DNA of 63,962 bases, filler included, from Diploschistes diacapsis (GCA_023645945.1; 25 parts of 25 records of this genome joined end to end with filler, not necessarily neighbours in it); one strand, 5' to 3'; shown: positions 26,361 through 40,867, counted from the first letter of the whole stretch. The notes: generated by a model not told the origin, from the sequence alone. Numbers and translations: made by a program.

Positions 26361-27349
26361 GGCGTTATTGGGTGCGACGGTGCTTGGTGGCCGTTGTTTG
26401 GGCTGTTCTGGCTGGGTTGAGGCATGGCGCAGGCTGCCGGGTTGAAGGGCGAGCCTGCTGTTATGCAGACATCTTGCTCGCGCGACGAGGTGTTGAGGGG
26501 AGCGTGTGTGTGAGGAAAGGTGGCATTAATGGTGTAGGAATGGAGCTAATATAGGAGGAGAAAGCTTTTAGAATCCGGGGTACATTGCACCTTGACGTTA
26601 GCTTGAGTCAGTGCTGCTGTGCTAGTGACTCTGTATGGGACTATGGTGGTGGGTAGTATTAGGCGATTCGATTGAGGAGAAGAGAAGGGCCCGTCGGAAC
26701 CACGTGTCGCGTTGTTATTTGATTGGCCGGGAATTACTCCTCGCCATAAAGTTACGTAGCAATGCGGTAGCTATTCATGAAAATGCTTGAGCTTGACCAC
26801 AAGCTGTCAAGTATCCTATGACCTTCAACCGCCCTCATCTTCTCAAAAAGTGTCTGTTCCAATCTTTCGAGAATGCTATGTGGAATTTCTGCAATGACCA
26901 GGGTTATCCCTTGTTACTCGCTATATTCATAACCCAGTCAATCAAGGCATCTTCTAGAGGCACATGCTTAGCCAGATGCCTGAACGGGAGAACTAACCAT
27001 GAAGTCACTAAACGCATTGACAGGATAGGAAAGCCACTGAATTTTGCTTACGTCGCGCTCAATTACTCGCACGGTAGCCTCAGGCCGGACTTCGTGATCA
27101 AAAACCTTATAGATATCAAGAACTAGAAGAGATGACATCAGACATCAACCAAAGGGTCTTATGATACCGTTGCCATGTCGATACTCGGCTGTATCTAGAG
27201 GAAGGGGTGCACTTTCCCCTATCAATGGATGACAGGAATGGTTCACCCTTTGAACTCAATAAATAGCAGCATGCTGTGGCCGTGGTATTGGTATGGAATT
27301 TAGTTGGCGATCCCAGTACCGAGAAAACTTCAATTTCCTACATACTAGT

Positions 27350-27900
27350 TATGGTAGATTGGACCTGTCTCGATCTTGCTTATGCGGTGCTCCAAGTTCG
27401 CAAGATATTTCCCTTCACTTGAAGCAGGAAAGAGACTGGGGCTCGAGATGAATTGTGAATCTTCCAATACCTGATACCTGCCGTCCTTGACGAAAATCGC
27501 CAGAAGGTGGCTACCAAAGCCAACACGTCAATACTGACAGATGGACATACCTGCCTCGGCTTACCAGAGTATCCTTCTCCCCGCTGGGTTGCGATTTGCA
27601 CTCGGAGCACCGCTAAATATGTCAGAAACCTCCTGAGTTATCTTGAGAGGCCCTCTCGCGAGGGCAGTGATGCAGGTTCCGTCATTTGTTACGAGCGCTG
27701 TGCGGGTGTGAAGGTGATAGGCTGTTGGGTCAACGGTGGGCATATTACCGGCGTGAACAATAGTTGCGTCGACTTTGACCGGAAACTAGTGATGATTAAG
27801 TATGGGAACGATGCCAAGGAGAGACGGTGCTGAAAGGGCATCGACTTCATTGAGCCTGTCGCTTGACCATAGTTCAACGTGGTATCGACACCTAAGGGAT
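27350..27900 (-). pseudogene. Possible DUF3237-like pseudogene
   Basis: Stop-interrupted frame VKVDATIVHAGN..LHTRTALVTNDGTCI..G..YQVLEDSQFIS..LEHRISKI resembles the DUF3237 pattern by eye only. Confidence 0.4.
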
Positions 27901-29120
27901 AAATGGAATTCTGGTGACCATGAGCGATCGAGCGCCATGTATCCTACTCTCTCTGCAACACGCCATATAGTGAACACAGTGTGTACTGGCCACAGATGTT
28001 AAATTGAACTGGCTCAGGTAAGTCTCGAGTTTATAGGTTTCAAGAACCATGGGAACGTACAGAAAGAATGAACGCTCGTGTTAGGGTGTTGAACCCACAG
28101 AGGATCGTGTTGGGGACACTGGGCGAATGTCAACCGCTAGTCTTTGCAATGGATTGCAGATATCTTAATGTCGAAATGAGTCGCTCATCGCGCGATATAT
28201 ATACTTTTTGTCCATGCTCTGTGGTTTCCTGGTCATGTTACACTACTATTGCTTCTTCCAGCTTGCTTAGAGTCCCAAGGGCATTTCTGCTGGGCTTCAT
28301 GTTCAGTATCACGTCGACATTGGGCCATTGTAGGCGATCAGTGAACACCGTTGCCTATTAGACTCCGGTACGTTAGGTGTTGCAAGATCGTTGCCATCTC
28401 CTGGGAGCTCTGTTGCTTGATATTGCCCTTGCGTGTGGAATCATCACCTTTTTACTCCTCAACATACTCTTAAGGTTAGTAATGCTGGTTACAATACATC
28501 AGTCGAGAAGGAAGATATAGAAGCAACTCTTTGCACTAGCAAAAGGACAACCGAAAAGATAGCATGCAGTAATGCTTTGCCATAACGGTACGCTCCACTC
28601 GACATAGAAACCAAGAAACAATTCAGGCTTCAAATGTGTCATGAACAATAAATGGGTCGTGACTGCGAAACCCTATGCTTGCCGGATTAACGAGCCATGC
28701 CTTTTAGGGCATTCTTCCGTCTATCGAAGCCTAAGAGATGCTTTATGGCAGACTTTTTCTCGTATAACTGGTTCCAAAGCTTAGATAGTCTCAGCGTTGT
28801 TCGTCCTGTTCAGCCTTTTAAAGCAGAGCGTAAGGTTGTCTCGATGAACGTTGCGCAATAGTGCGAGTCTCACCGGGCGCTGATTTATGGTAGAGTATTC
28901 AACGTTAGGCAGGCGACTTGCAATTAGCTTTGCTTGCTGTTATTCTGAAATGTACCCAGATGCTTGGAACCAGGCCGCAGCAACACCAAGAGTGGGGACT
29001 TGAAGTCTTCGCGATTAAGCTTAGCTCCAAAGGCAGGAGTCTTCTGCAATCTATCTGCTGTTGACAGAGGATTTGAAAAGGGAAAATAATTGTAGGTAAA
29101 ACGAGTCTCTACCAGTCGGC

Positions 29121-32100
29121 ATGGCTAAACCTGAGTCTTCGGAAACTGTACGTCGGGTGTTGCGGCGACCAGGTCGCCTGCCTTTGCTTGGGTTGACCCT
29201 CTTCGCTGCGCTTCTATACCTGCAATTTCTGTACCTGCCATCCCAACTTTTTGAGCCAAGTCCGAGCCAGCTCAAGCACTCTGAGCATCGAATTAGGCTT
29301 TTTGAACAAGGACTGCAAAAGTGTGCTGCAAACACACTTGTCCCGGTCCAGTATGAAATCCCACCGTCGCCGCAACGGACGAATCCCCGGTGGAACTCGC
29401 GAACCGGACAGAGCACACCCATGCTGATCGCCAATGCGACGCTCTTTGATGGCACAGGCTTCGTCAAGGGCTCGACTAACATTCTTATCCATCGTGGTAT
29501 TATCGCAGCTGTTACGTCCGTTGGTCGGGACGCTGGAACCACCCCGGAGGATGTTTCGGTTGTAGACGCAGCTGGCCGCTATATCACGCCAGGTCTGGTG
29601 GATATGCATTCGCACCACATCGCCTCGGTATGGCCAAGCCTGGCCTCCACGGATGATGCGAATGAGGTCAACGACGATACCGGGCCCCTGACGCCCATGG
29701 TTCGTGTCTTGGACAGCATGAAAGCATATGATCCAGCTACGACACTCATCGCCTCTGGAGGTGTTACTTCATCACTCATCCTACCTGGTTCGGCAAACAT
29801 CATGGGAGGTGAAGCGTATCCCGTGAAGAACAGGCTGAGAAGTGGTGCGAATGGCGAGGAAGTAGTCGAGGAGCTTTTACTGGAACATGGGATACCGCAG
29901 CCGGAAAGACGGCGGTATATGAAGATGGCCTGTGGCGAGAATCCGAAGGATGTCTACGATCACACGAGGATGGGCAATGCGTGGAAGTTTCGTAAGCAAA
30001 TGGCTAAGGGAAAGGACCTAGTGGCTAAGCAAGATGCCTGGTGTCTTTCTGCCGCCGCCGCAAAAGAAGCGGGCGATGTGGAGTCTATCAATGAGCTTGT
30101 GAGGTCCTCTAGGGCTGACGAAAAGGGATATCCGGAAGAAATTGCTTTGGATTCAACTACTGCGATGCTCCGAGGTCAAGTCAATGTAAACATTCATTGC
30201 TACGAGCCAGAGGACTTCGAGGATATGTTACGGCACAACGAAGAATTCAATTTCTCTATTTCTGCTTTCCACCACGCCATCGAAGCCTGGAAGGTCCCTG
30301 AGATGATTAAATCTGCTGGATCGTAAGTGATTATGATGTAGTGCCGTCCTGCAATCCTACTGACACTGCATAGAAACATCACCATTGCCACTTTCCAAGA
30401 TTTTGCATTCTACAAGCACGAAGCTTACGACGCAAGTCTACACGCCGGCAAGACGCTTTCGGAGCACTCCGTGCCTGTAGCTTACAAATCCGATCACGGA
30501 GAAGAAGCCACCAATGCCAAATACCTGCTCTTCCAGGCAGCTGGGGCCCATTCCTTTGGCCTACCTGCTGAGCTTGCTATGCAAGCCGTGACGAGCGTCC
30601 CGGCGAGATCGATACAGCAAGATCATCGTATCGGCTACGTCAAACCTGGATACGACGCAGACCTCGTTATGTGGGATGCTCATCCGCTGAGCGTTGGTGC
30701 CACCCCTATCTCCGTCTTCATCGATGGCCATTCTGCCTTGCCCGAGTCAAAGACTACAGAAATTCTAGCTAAAATAAAGAACCCCGATAATCCCCAAAGT
30801 CAAACGCCACAGATGCGTCCCATGCTCGAGTCAGAAGAGCGGAAGACCTTTTGCAGTGAAGTCCAAAACCCACGGGGCAGACTTGTCGTTACGGGAATCA
30901 GCAAATCTTACGTCGACCTCGACAATGCGAGCGATGAATCAAACCTAGTGAACAAGAATGAGACCATGACAATGATTCTCTCCCCCTCCCAAGGTATTGT
31001 CTGTCTCGGCCGGGCCGATGTCTGCATCCACGATGCCGCCACCGACACCGTCATCGGTCTCAAAGACGGTCATGTCCTCCCTGGCCTCACAGCCGTAACA
31101 ACAGACATGGGGCTCATCGAGATTGCCGCCGAGGACTCTACAAGCGACGGAGACTTTACCGGCTCCAAAGACATCCTCGACCCCTCGAATATAGTCTACG
31201 CGAAATACGGAGTCCACCTCGAAGGCAAGGGTTTCCAGCGCGCCCGCATCGGCGGCGTCACACGTGCTATCACATCCCCTCTCTCTGCCAGCTCCCTACT
31301 CCGCGGCGTGAGCACGGGTATCAAGACGACGGGCAATAAAACTGTGCTGGATGGCGGCATCTTCCAGGACGATGTCGCGTTGCACTTCGTTGTTGGCCAG
31401 TCTGCGAAGGGCGCTTCAACGTCCAAATCCGACCCTGGCCCCCGAACCACCGTATCTGGGGCTATAGCCACGCTGCGGCGCATCCTCTTTGAAAACAGAG
31501 GCAAGGACTCCATCTACGGTGCCGCGGCCGACGGCTCCCTCCCTGTCGTCGTCCACGCGGTCAACAAGTACGACATCATGCAGCTCATCAAGCTAAAGCA
31601 GGATTATAGTAAAGTTAAATTAGCCATCATGGGCGGCCATGAGGCGCATGCCGTCGCTGCGGAGCTGGCGGGCGCAGACATACCGCTCATCTTCACAGGC
31701 CACAGAGGTGCGCCGGACGCGTGGGAGAAGAAGGACGTGTTGCCGGGACCGCCGCTGAGCCGGTCGGGAGCGAGCGTGTTGGTGGAGAATAACGTCAGTT
31801 TTGCGATTGGATTTAGTGGGGAGGGTGAGTCTTGCTTTTCCACTTGCATTCAATCATTTGCTTTTTGCTTTCACTCTATCTGGCGTGCTTGCCGAAACGA
31901 AGCTGATGTGCTCCCGCTAACAGGCGCGCCGATAGGCCAGTCCTTCATACATAATCTGCTGCTCGAGGCGGCGTGGGCGGCCAAGTACGCCGGCCTTTCG
32001 GACAGGCAGGCGGTCGGGCTGGTGTCGAGGAACGTGGAGGATATCCTCGGGCTGGAGAGGTCGAGCGATATCGTTGTCTACGAGGGGAATCCGCTCGAGT

Positions 32101-32171
32101 TCGGGGCGAGCGTTGTGCTGGCGCTAGATGGGAGGGGGAATGTCGACGAGTGCTGGCCCGAAGCTACGTGA
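29121..32171 (+). CDS. Membrane-anchored metallo-dependent amidohydrolase with tandem amidohydrolase domains (introns 30323-30373, 31825-31935)
   Basis: N-terminal TM segment. ITPGLVDMHSH, KMACGENPK, NIHCYE, FHHA, KSDH, IGYVKPGYDADLVMWD. The second domain (VLPGLT.., DIVVYEGNPL) lacks HxH. Confidence 0.9.
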
Positions 32172-34009
32172 GGCTGCTAGTGTTGTAGTGTTGGTTGCTG
32201 GCGGTTAAGTATATATGAAGGGAGTTTGATGCGATGTATTGAATTAGAGTGAAGGAATCCATTTTTCTTGCACTTTCAATCAGTGATGAAGGCGATTGTT
32301 TGGGTACGGTAAGCTGTGGTGGCACCCTGGGCTTGGTCTCTCTTGTCTGGCATCTTTCAAGAGTCTCTGCTTGGTCATTGTCACGTGGGTCACGTCCGGG
32401 CTGGACAGGTCCTTTTGGGAAAGTATACACGTTTGGTTCAGGAGGTTATGTCTTTGATCACGCCTTTTGAACTGGAAGGATGTCTCCTGACCTTGCTTAA
32501 TTACTAGCTTGGGTACTTAATGCTAATATCACACTATATTAAACTTTTGTATATTGTACATACCCAATCCAAGATAAAATAGCCTTTCTATAATACCCGG
32601 AGCTCTAACGCCACTTCAGACCGTTTTACCATCTCACAATACAGAGCCAGCTGTAAGTGAGCCCTTGCATCTCTTCCTTAACATTCGTGCCGTGAAAGTG
32701 CGAAAAGTATTAGCATCTTTAATGCTGCTGAACGCCTTACCCATCCAACAGCCAGCCCATGGGAATCATCGTTGTATGCCCGCACTCCGAACCGTACCTC
32801 AAGAGTCAAGGTCTCGTTGGCGGGGAATGTATCATAACATCGCCCACAGTAATGTTCCCCAGATTAATTGTATCGTCCGAGACTAGATTGTATGTCTAAG
32901 ACTGCTCTTTCATTGAGTAGCATTCATTTATACTCACATCCAATGATAACGTTGCCTTTCGCTTTGTTTGACCAAACCCCCACCGAAGGGTTGGCCCGTC
33001 TCTCATTTCTTACCCAGTTGGAAACACAACAGCTACCAAGACAAAATGCCGAAGCAAGAAGACCCTGGCTAACGAAGGGCAACCAAGGGCAACTAGTGCG
33101 TCTCGGATCGGATCGAAGGTGGGCAAGAAAGACGCTTCGGTAGAGAGGTAACGCTGTATTGTGAGTGAGGTTATTGACCTCCGGGCCCCCAGAAGGGATT
33201 GATAGTGATACCATGTTGTCTGTCTGAGTATTGGTTCTGAGAGTTCTGATCCTCAATTTGATTTGAGACTGTATTCTTTTTTCTGCGGCTCAAGCAACTC
33301 GACTTTGAGGTCAATCGCACCAACATCATAACTCGATGTACGTTGTATTTGGTATTCAACAAACCTAGTGATTGAGGTGCTTACTCCCAAGTTCTATTCT
33401 TGCTTGCATCTAACATCGTTTTGCAGCACTGTGCCTGGGAATCTCACCTTACGATGCGACGCTTGCGAATACTAGTTCTTCAACCGTGACCTCGCGTGTC
33501 CTATTTTCCTCACATTAATCACTCGTTGCATCTGTAAAGTAAGAGCAAGACACAAAACTCTATACGCCCGATCCTTATATACTGCGCCTCCACAAGATGT
33601 TGTGACTTTGTCTGGGCTGTCGTCCACATGTTAGGTATTCGGAAAGCTGTATCATGGGCAATATTATTAGCGGACGGCGAGCTCGAGTCACCATGGATGA
33701 CCAAGAAGCTCTTGCTATGGTAATATCATCTTCACGTCCCACGATCTTAGAGGCTGTGGTGTACGTCTATCATATTGAGAGCAGTCGACCCAACTACTTA
33801 GGATAGGTGATCAGGTACCAGTCGAACATGATTTGAAAATCAACCCAATATATTAATAGCCTTGTCTTCTTCTAAGAATAGGAATATGTATCTTAATTTC
33901 GTTGTTATCAGCTGCTGTACGCTATATTCTCATATGATTTCCAAGTCACTTGCTCTCAAAAGCAAAAACACTTGCAATCTTTTTAAGCGATGGAAACTTC
34001 GAGAAAAAC

Positions 34010-34942
34010 TTAGTTCTTTAAAATACTATAAAGCTTGTCGACATAAGTCTTGCAGTTATTGTTTTGAACATTGTACGTTTTATTCACTAATGCTTTTTTC
34101 GCTGAACCGCGAGTTAGCTTTGGATGCGTTAAATAAAGAAAAAGATAAGACAATGCTTACCATATGCCTCAACGGTGGCCCGATCAACGCGAGAAACTTT
34201 GCCTAGATACCTCAGAGAGGTCTGGTCGTCTTTATCGGTGGTGTACTCCTGGACCAAGGTCGCGACGGTTTGCCCATTTCCGTTGGTTTTCTCCAACTTT
34301 TCTACAAACCTCATATCGCCCGCAACCCCGGTAAAATCATTATTCGAAAGAGTGCCAACTACCAAAGTATAGTGCAACCCACCGATTTCCTTGATCAACT
34401 TGTTGAGATCCTTATGACGTGGACCCTGGTCCTTTGCGGGCCATATTCGATAAAAGGCTGAGTATCATGTGAGTAGACGGTCATGGCAGGAGGCTTTTGA
34501 TGTTCTTACCGTGTTTACCGTTTTCTACTTTGAGACCCTTGATAGCTGCCTGAACTCTGAGGAAACGATCAGTTTTGCGTTTGGTTGGCTCCCCTGCTGT
34601 TGGTTTGCTGCTAGCTCTCTTCACGAAATCGGCGCGGCCGATGTGCGCTATCCGTCGCACATGGTCAAGATAATCGAGCTCAGCTTCACGGGCTTGGAGC
34701 TCGAAATCGTCGATATCCCTCTCCCACAACTCGAAGTCGTCGACGTCTCTCTCGATCACTTTGAAGGTATCAAGTTCGGGTAGCTGGCGGGGGTACAGGT
34801 CGAAGACATCTCGGTAATAGAGCTCGGCAAGCTCTCTCTCCAGTAGCTTGGAGACGTCAAGGTCATATGTGTTGGCGGCAGCGCGGGACTGGCAAAGGTG
34901 ATCGAAAGAAAGAACAAGTGCCAGAGCTCGTATGAACTTCAT
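34010..34942 (-). CDS. Secreted protein (273 aa) with repetitive acidic pro-domain and candidate permuted papain-like domain (introns 34458-34509, 34102-34160)
   Basis: Signal-like MKFIRALALVLSF; ERD(V/I)DDFEL repeats; FVKR site. Two GTAAG..CAG introns give a continuous frame ending YNVQNNNCKTYVDKLYSILKN*. Confidence 0.8.
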
Positions 34943-36414
34943 GATGGCTAACCGAGGATACACTGGGGCGCAGTTACGGACGCGATCTAAGCATTGAAAC
35001 GGTTTGTGCGGGGTAAGAATCTATCTGGCAAGAAGTTGATTTGGGAATTGGTAGAGAATCTGTGTGGTATCTTGGCCTGCAAGCATGTTGGAGATCAGGA
35101 TAAGAAGATAAGTAAGTGATAGAATGAAAAGGTAAGTGGAGTGGCTGATGTGGTCAACAAGCAGAGACACAGGAAACTTTATACTTCCACATGCCATGCT
35201 GTGAAGCGGATACTCGGGCACTGCATTGAGACTCTACTCTTTGAGGTTGGTGTTGCAAATGTCAGATTGCGAGATTTCCAACACTGGAAATGGCATACTG
35301 GTGTCATGATTCTGGCCTCCGGCGGTGGCTTTTTGAAATTTGATACTCAGCTAGGACCCTTGCGTACATGGCTTTTATCAGTTAATAAACTGATTGAGAT
35401 TTCGAAGCTCTAGGGTCTGTTTCATGCATGCTCTAATACGCAGATATGAGTATGTGCAGATGATTAGATGCTTGCTCAAGCGACTTCAATTCACCTTGCT
35501 GGGTTACTACAATCAAAACATCAAAGCGAATAGTCCCGAAGGGGAACAGACGCCCCTGCACGAGTACTAACAAACCAAATCGGCGTGGCTGACTTCATAT
35601 TCCTCTGCGTGTCCAGACTCCAACGCTGTACTTGATCAGCCAAAGTTGTACCGCAGATTTTGACAGGGCAAAGTCGGTCCCAACTATCCATGAACTTGGA
35701 GCAAGATGCAAGATGCCAGCTGCAGCAGGTGAGGGCGTGCAAGTGAATAAGTTTGGAGGCTTGAACAAACACTCTGGGTAGGATTTTCGGCGAAGCAAAG
35801 AATTCAATTGTCGAGATCAGCTCACATGTTCTGTGATATTCTTACTCGCAGCTGAACGTTCGATAAGCGATAAAGCGCCAAATCTCAATACAATTGGTAA
35901 AGGACGTAAACTGTGGGGAGGTGGTGTCGTGGCATATAAGGCTATGGAGTTCATGTTGAAATACGGAAATAATCCCAAATAGGAAAATAAATTCCCATCC
36001 TGCCTAGCCAGCTTGCAGTAATAATAAAATATATATTAATATAAAGGATGAAGATAATAGCTAGCAATGGTGGGAGGTGAAAGGTGTTTTTATAGACACA
36101 TTTCACCTAACTAGCACTAGTAATCAATATTACAAATAATCTCCAATAATTTTTGGATCTCTAATACAACATCTATTGAATCCTTGGTCCAATATTATTA
36201 GATCATTAATCCAATGATGGCTGATTGTGCTAACTGAAGCTGGATTACCATATTGTCTACATAATTATTGGCTGTAAAACTCCCACTTCGGAAGAAACTA
36301 GCCTATACACAAGTATTGATTCAAAATGATGCTTCAATTATTGGGATACAGTGTCCTTGTATAAGTATTAGTATCCCAGTGGTATTATCCCGCATACCCT
36401 ACTAACCCGCACCT

Positions 36415-37364
36415 TTGTCAAACCTGCTAACCTATGCTGAAGTATTCCGAGCTTGGCTTCTTCCCTTCACCTCCTACAGGCATTCAATTCTTGAGTCTCT
36501 CTTGAATAAATTATGTAATAGCCCTCTCCTAAGAATATCCTTAGCCGTAATAGGCTCTGCTAAACTGAGATGTCACGATTTCGAGACCGTATCAGATTTC
36601 ATCCAGGGTTCGTTAGTCCTGCCGACACCAGTGTCGTTCTTGAAGGCCCCCAACACGGAGATACTGCGTCTCCATTCCGTGTTGGTTTTTTTTTAGCCAA
36701 GACATCTGCAGGTTTGCCGAGAGAAATAAGCTGGAGCTGAGCTTCGCAAGACTTCAGTTGCAAGACGAGGAAAGAAAGCGTCTGTTCCGAGGGTTATGCT
36801 ACTTTGAAATATACTGCAACCTGTTCCGAGTCAGGGAGAATGAGGAGATGCAGTTAGACGACCACGCGATCCGAGAAGAGTTTTTCCCAAGGATGCCCGA
36901 GTGGGAGACGGAAGATTTAGCATGCGTCAACAAGTACTTCGACCTTGAACTTGACCGCCACGAAAATTACTGGCAAGAGATAGGAGGAAATAACGCTCGA
37001 AATGCCATTCACGGACTGCTATCCGTAGGCCTTGTGCTTCTCCAGAAGCTCTTTAAAGCCAAAGATGGAGAAGAGTGCAAGCATACCATGCTTCAAATAA
37101 GCCCGGTGGACCTGGATCTGAACGAAATGTTTTTCTCTTGCCAAGTGCCTTGCAAATGGTAGCACTTTATGAACTATGCAGCGGCCACGTCCTTCATTCA
37201 AGGATCGAGTGTGTAACCGCGATTATACGGGTCCTACCGCAGGCTACCTGTGGGGCCGAGACAAGATAGATGGTACTACTCCCTCGAAAGACATGCTCGA
37301 TTTCCTGCGAAGTTGGGCTTATCCGATGTGGTGTGAAAGAACGGATTCGCATAGCAGGTCCTGA
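36415..37364 (+). pseudogene. Fragmented hypothetical-protein pseudogene
   Basis: Protein-like pieces (ERKRLFRGLCYFEIYCNLF..FFPRMPEWETEDLACV; LRSWAYPMW) are separated by stops and frameshifts. No clean introns were found. Confidence 0.5.
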
Positions 37365-38608
37365 ACATATACTGTGGTTAGAAAATGGAAGGCCACAAGA
37401 GGTTCGTCAACGGCTTCTCAATTTTGAGACTTTCGACTATCAATTACTGTAATTTAAGAGGAGTATCATACCTGGAGACACTCCAGACAAACAAAAGACC
37501 CAGAAGACCTGAATAATCTCCAAGATTCGCTGCCGTCTTGATTGCTGCTTCTTTATGTTAATGCATCGGAGTGCTTCTCGAAGTTTCCTCCTTCTGTTGT
37601 CTGTCGAATTCTGAATGCGTCAGTGTTTATCTCGATGCTCTCGGAGCTGCTTTGCTCCTGTCGCCATGTCTTGTAGGCTGGGGATATTTGGTAACTCTCG
37701 GAGCTGTTTTGCTTCGTATTGCGTATTTACGGGCTGAACACATCAGAATTCTTTTCGTAACTCTTTCATAGCTAGATCATCTCATGTCAGCTTCTTTCCC
37801 TGATATGGGCATGGAAGGCTCGGAGCTTTTGTGCTCTTGTTCCTAATTTTGCAGCATGAATACATCGGGATCATCCTGGAGCTAGACTGCCACCACGGAA
37901 TATTAAAGCTTGGATATCCCGAGTGTCTCCCAAAGCTTTTGCAACAACATTATCTTCGCTTCGTTTCAACGAACTATCGCTGTTGATGCTTCGTTCATAT
38001 GTTAGCAACCCTTTCCACTGCACTCCTGAGACAAAGCTTCAATGTAACGTGAAAGCGATATCAGAATAATGCGATCTCCATTTCATCAAGCAATTAGCTT
38101 CGAGGAGCTCAAGGCATAGTCATAACAACTCTCGGCCGCATTTCCTAACCCAGCTTATGGAGTGTCTTGCTGCTTTGTATCAAGATGAAACAGTATGCCA
38201 CTTTGGCGCTTGCAAGCTAACAGATAGAATATTGATTGATAGGATAGAGAGAGACATTACGGGGAATAACGAAGCAGCAGCACATGATAGGCCTGGCCTC
38301 AGCATAGATCCTTGCCAGGAAACATCCCATTTGATCATTCCAACACTTGTCTTGAAAAGCGAATGGAGCTAGACAGAAACCGTTACGCTACCTTTGTAGG
38401 ACATCCAAGCAATGAGATCAGAGGTTCCCCCGTCTTTGTAGCAAGCACTTTTCATAGTATTGATCTGGGAATGTTTCATCATGTCTTCGGAATTACAGAC
38501 ACGGAGTTAAGCTTTTCAAGTACGGACTTTTTTTTGTTCAACCAAAGCTGGGCTGAGCATGTATCTGATGGGATGACTTTACTCAATTATTGATTCATCA
38601 AAGAAGAG

Positions 38609-40409
38609 ATGCTACCGAGGATAGCGTCTCGATCTCTGCGGACATATCAAAACGCCACACGTCCAGTCACCCTCCAGAATCCGTTCAGAGCTTATGCCAA
38701 AGCTGGCAAACCTCGCGCAGCGGCCGAGTACAAACCACACGCGCACTCCGCCAGCTCCATAGTAAACCCCAAGCATGTATCACCGTCCACAAGAACACCT
38801 TCCACTGTGGAGAGCTCAGCCAGTACGACTGCCTCCAGCAATGCCCAGCCGACCCAGCAGAACCCGGTCTCTCAAGAAAAGCTTGATGAAGAGGCAATTG
38901 ATGCTATGCCAACCACGCTCGAGTCGGAGTCAAAATCTGCAATAGGCGCCCAAGCCGAGACCTCCCAGGAAGGAAGGCAGCCAGGCCAAGATGCAGCCTT
39001 GCAAGACTCGTCTACTCTCGATGCATCGGAAGCTTCGAATAGAGACACTACCCAACAAATACCGCTGCACGATCTTACGAAAGGGCTTCCTTCAACGCTC
39101 GATGCAGAACTCGAGGAGGCGTCTAGGAAGCAAGCCGAGGCGGAGGCCGTGGGCCAAGAGCAAGGAGCAAGGGCTGCAGGAGGCGGAAGAGGCGGGCGGC
39201 CCGTGCGCGATTACACAACCTCCGCGGAGAGAAGGCGGAATAGGATGGTTGGATGGCTAGCGACATCCTTCGCGCTGATGATTTTGACTTCGCCCGTGTA
39301 TCTTGGCCGGAATTGGGAGAGTGAAGAAGAGGAGCGACTGCATCCTCAAGCGCCAAATGGCTGGGGCTTGATGCTGTTTTGGAATAGGCTGAGAGCGCGG
39401 ATGACATCGACATTGGATTACTACAGCGAGCCGGCCTTCCAAAAATTACTGCCGGATCCTGATCCGATGTGGGCGAGACCTTACACGCTCGTTCTCAGTC
39501 TAGAGGATCTTCTTGTTCACAGCGAGTGGTCAAGAGAGCACGGCTGGCGGATGGCCAAGCGACCGGGTCTTGACTATTTCCTACGATACCTGAGCAGCTA
39601 CTACGAGATTGTCATCTTTACCAGCGTCCCATCCATGATAGGCGCTCCTGCACTTCAAAAACTGGACCCTTTTGGAATGGTCATGTTTCGGCTCTTCCGT
39701 GAAGCAACTCGCTACGAAAACGGCGAGTACATCAAGGTTCGCTCTTCGACCGAAAAATATCGATGACGCTAAGTACTGATCTTAATCACAGGATCTCTCA
39801 TACCTCAATCGCCCTCTAGACAAGATTATAGCCATTGACACCGTTGCCGCCCACACCTCAGCCCAGCCTCGAAACGCTATCATTCTGCCGCGCTGGAAGG
39901 GTGACCCCAAAGACAAAGAGCTTGTCGCGCTGATCCCCTTTCTCGAATATATCGCGGGCGTGGGCCTGGAGGACACGCGCAAGACCCTTGATTCTTTCAA
40001 GGGTAAACACATCCCTACCGAGTTCGCAGCCCGCGAAGCCGAAATGCGCAAACGTTTCAACGAGCAGATGGCTGAGGAGCGCAAGAAGCGGCCACGCCGT
40101 TCGGGTGTCGGCTTTCTCGGCTCATCCTTGGGCATTAGGGCTGATCAAGGCCTGATGCAGCTCCCGCCGGGCGAGATGAGCCTGGCAGAGGGGCTTGAAA
40201 AGGGAATGATGCTGCACGACGTCATTAGGGCGAGGGGGCAAAAGCAATACGAGATGCTGGAGAAGGAGATTAGGGAGAACTCGGCGGAATGGTTGAAGCA
40301 GATGAAGGAGGAGGACGAGAAGATGAGGGACGAGCAGATGAAGGGGGTGAAGCAGGGGATTTTTGGATGGTTCGGAGGGAATGGTGGAGAGAAGGCGGAG
40401 AAGACGTAG
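38609..40409 (+). CDS. TIM50: Mitochondrial import inner membrane translocase subunit Tim50 (intron 39737-39791)
   Basis: Presequence, single TM segment, NIF/FCP1-like domain RPYTLVLSLEDLLVHSEWSREHGWRMAKRPG..YIK-DLSYLNR. Confidence 0.96.
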
Positions 40410-40867
40410 ATGGGGATGCGGTTATATGTATGGACTCCGGCGATCATTCAGGTTTTCTGTGTGCTGGTGGATGTCGAATGCTAATCTGCGTTTCCCCGCC
40501 TCGCAACTCTATGGTGTTGAAATGCCCGGCCAGGTCACTTGGGAGTTTCTAGCTTTCCTGGTCTTGGGCCGTTGAAGAGCACAGTCCCAGAATCATGTAC
40601 AATAGAAAGTACTCCAATTCGGACACATCCATAGTCACTGGTAATCAACGTTGTTGTCACTTTGCCGTTGTATAATGTGAATTGGGGTATTGAAGTAACC
40701 TCAACGCCCTTGTGGGACCACTATGGAGCTTATTGGCTTGCTGAGTACTGTAGTATATCGTTTCCTGTTCTCTGAGCAGTGAGGGTGTTTACAGCACGTA
40801 TTTCAACCCGTTTCGGAAAATAGCAGCCACAAGAATGCTTGGCACCCACTTCGCTTTCTTTTTCCCA

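Noticed and set aside
25732..26554. Long overlapping plus-strand and alternative-frame ORFs
   Set aside because: They are shadow ORFs of the GC-rich minus-strand gene. The same applies to antisense ORFs over PRP5, the AKR gene and the Ser/Thr-rich gene.
37480..38400. Possible minus-strand gene remnant upstream of TIM50
   Set aside because: Only short coiled-coil-like fragments with many stops; no family could be assigned.
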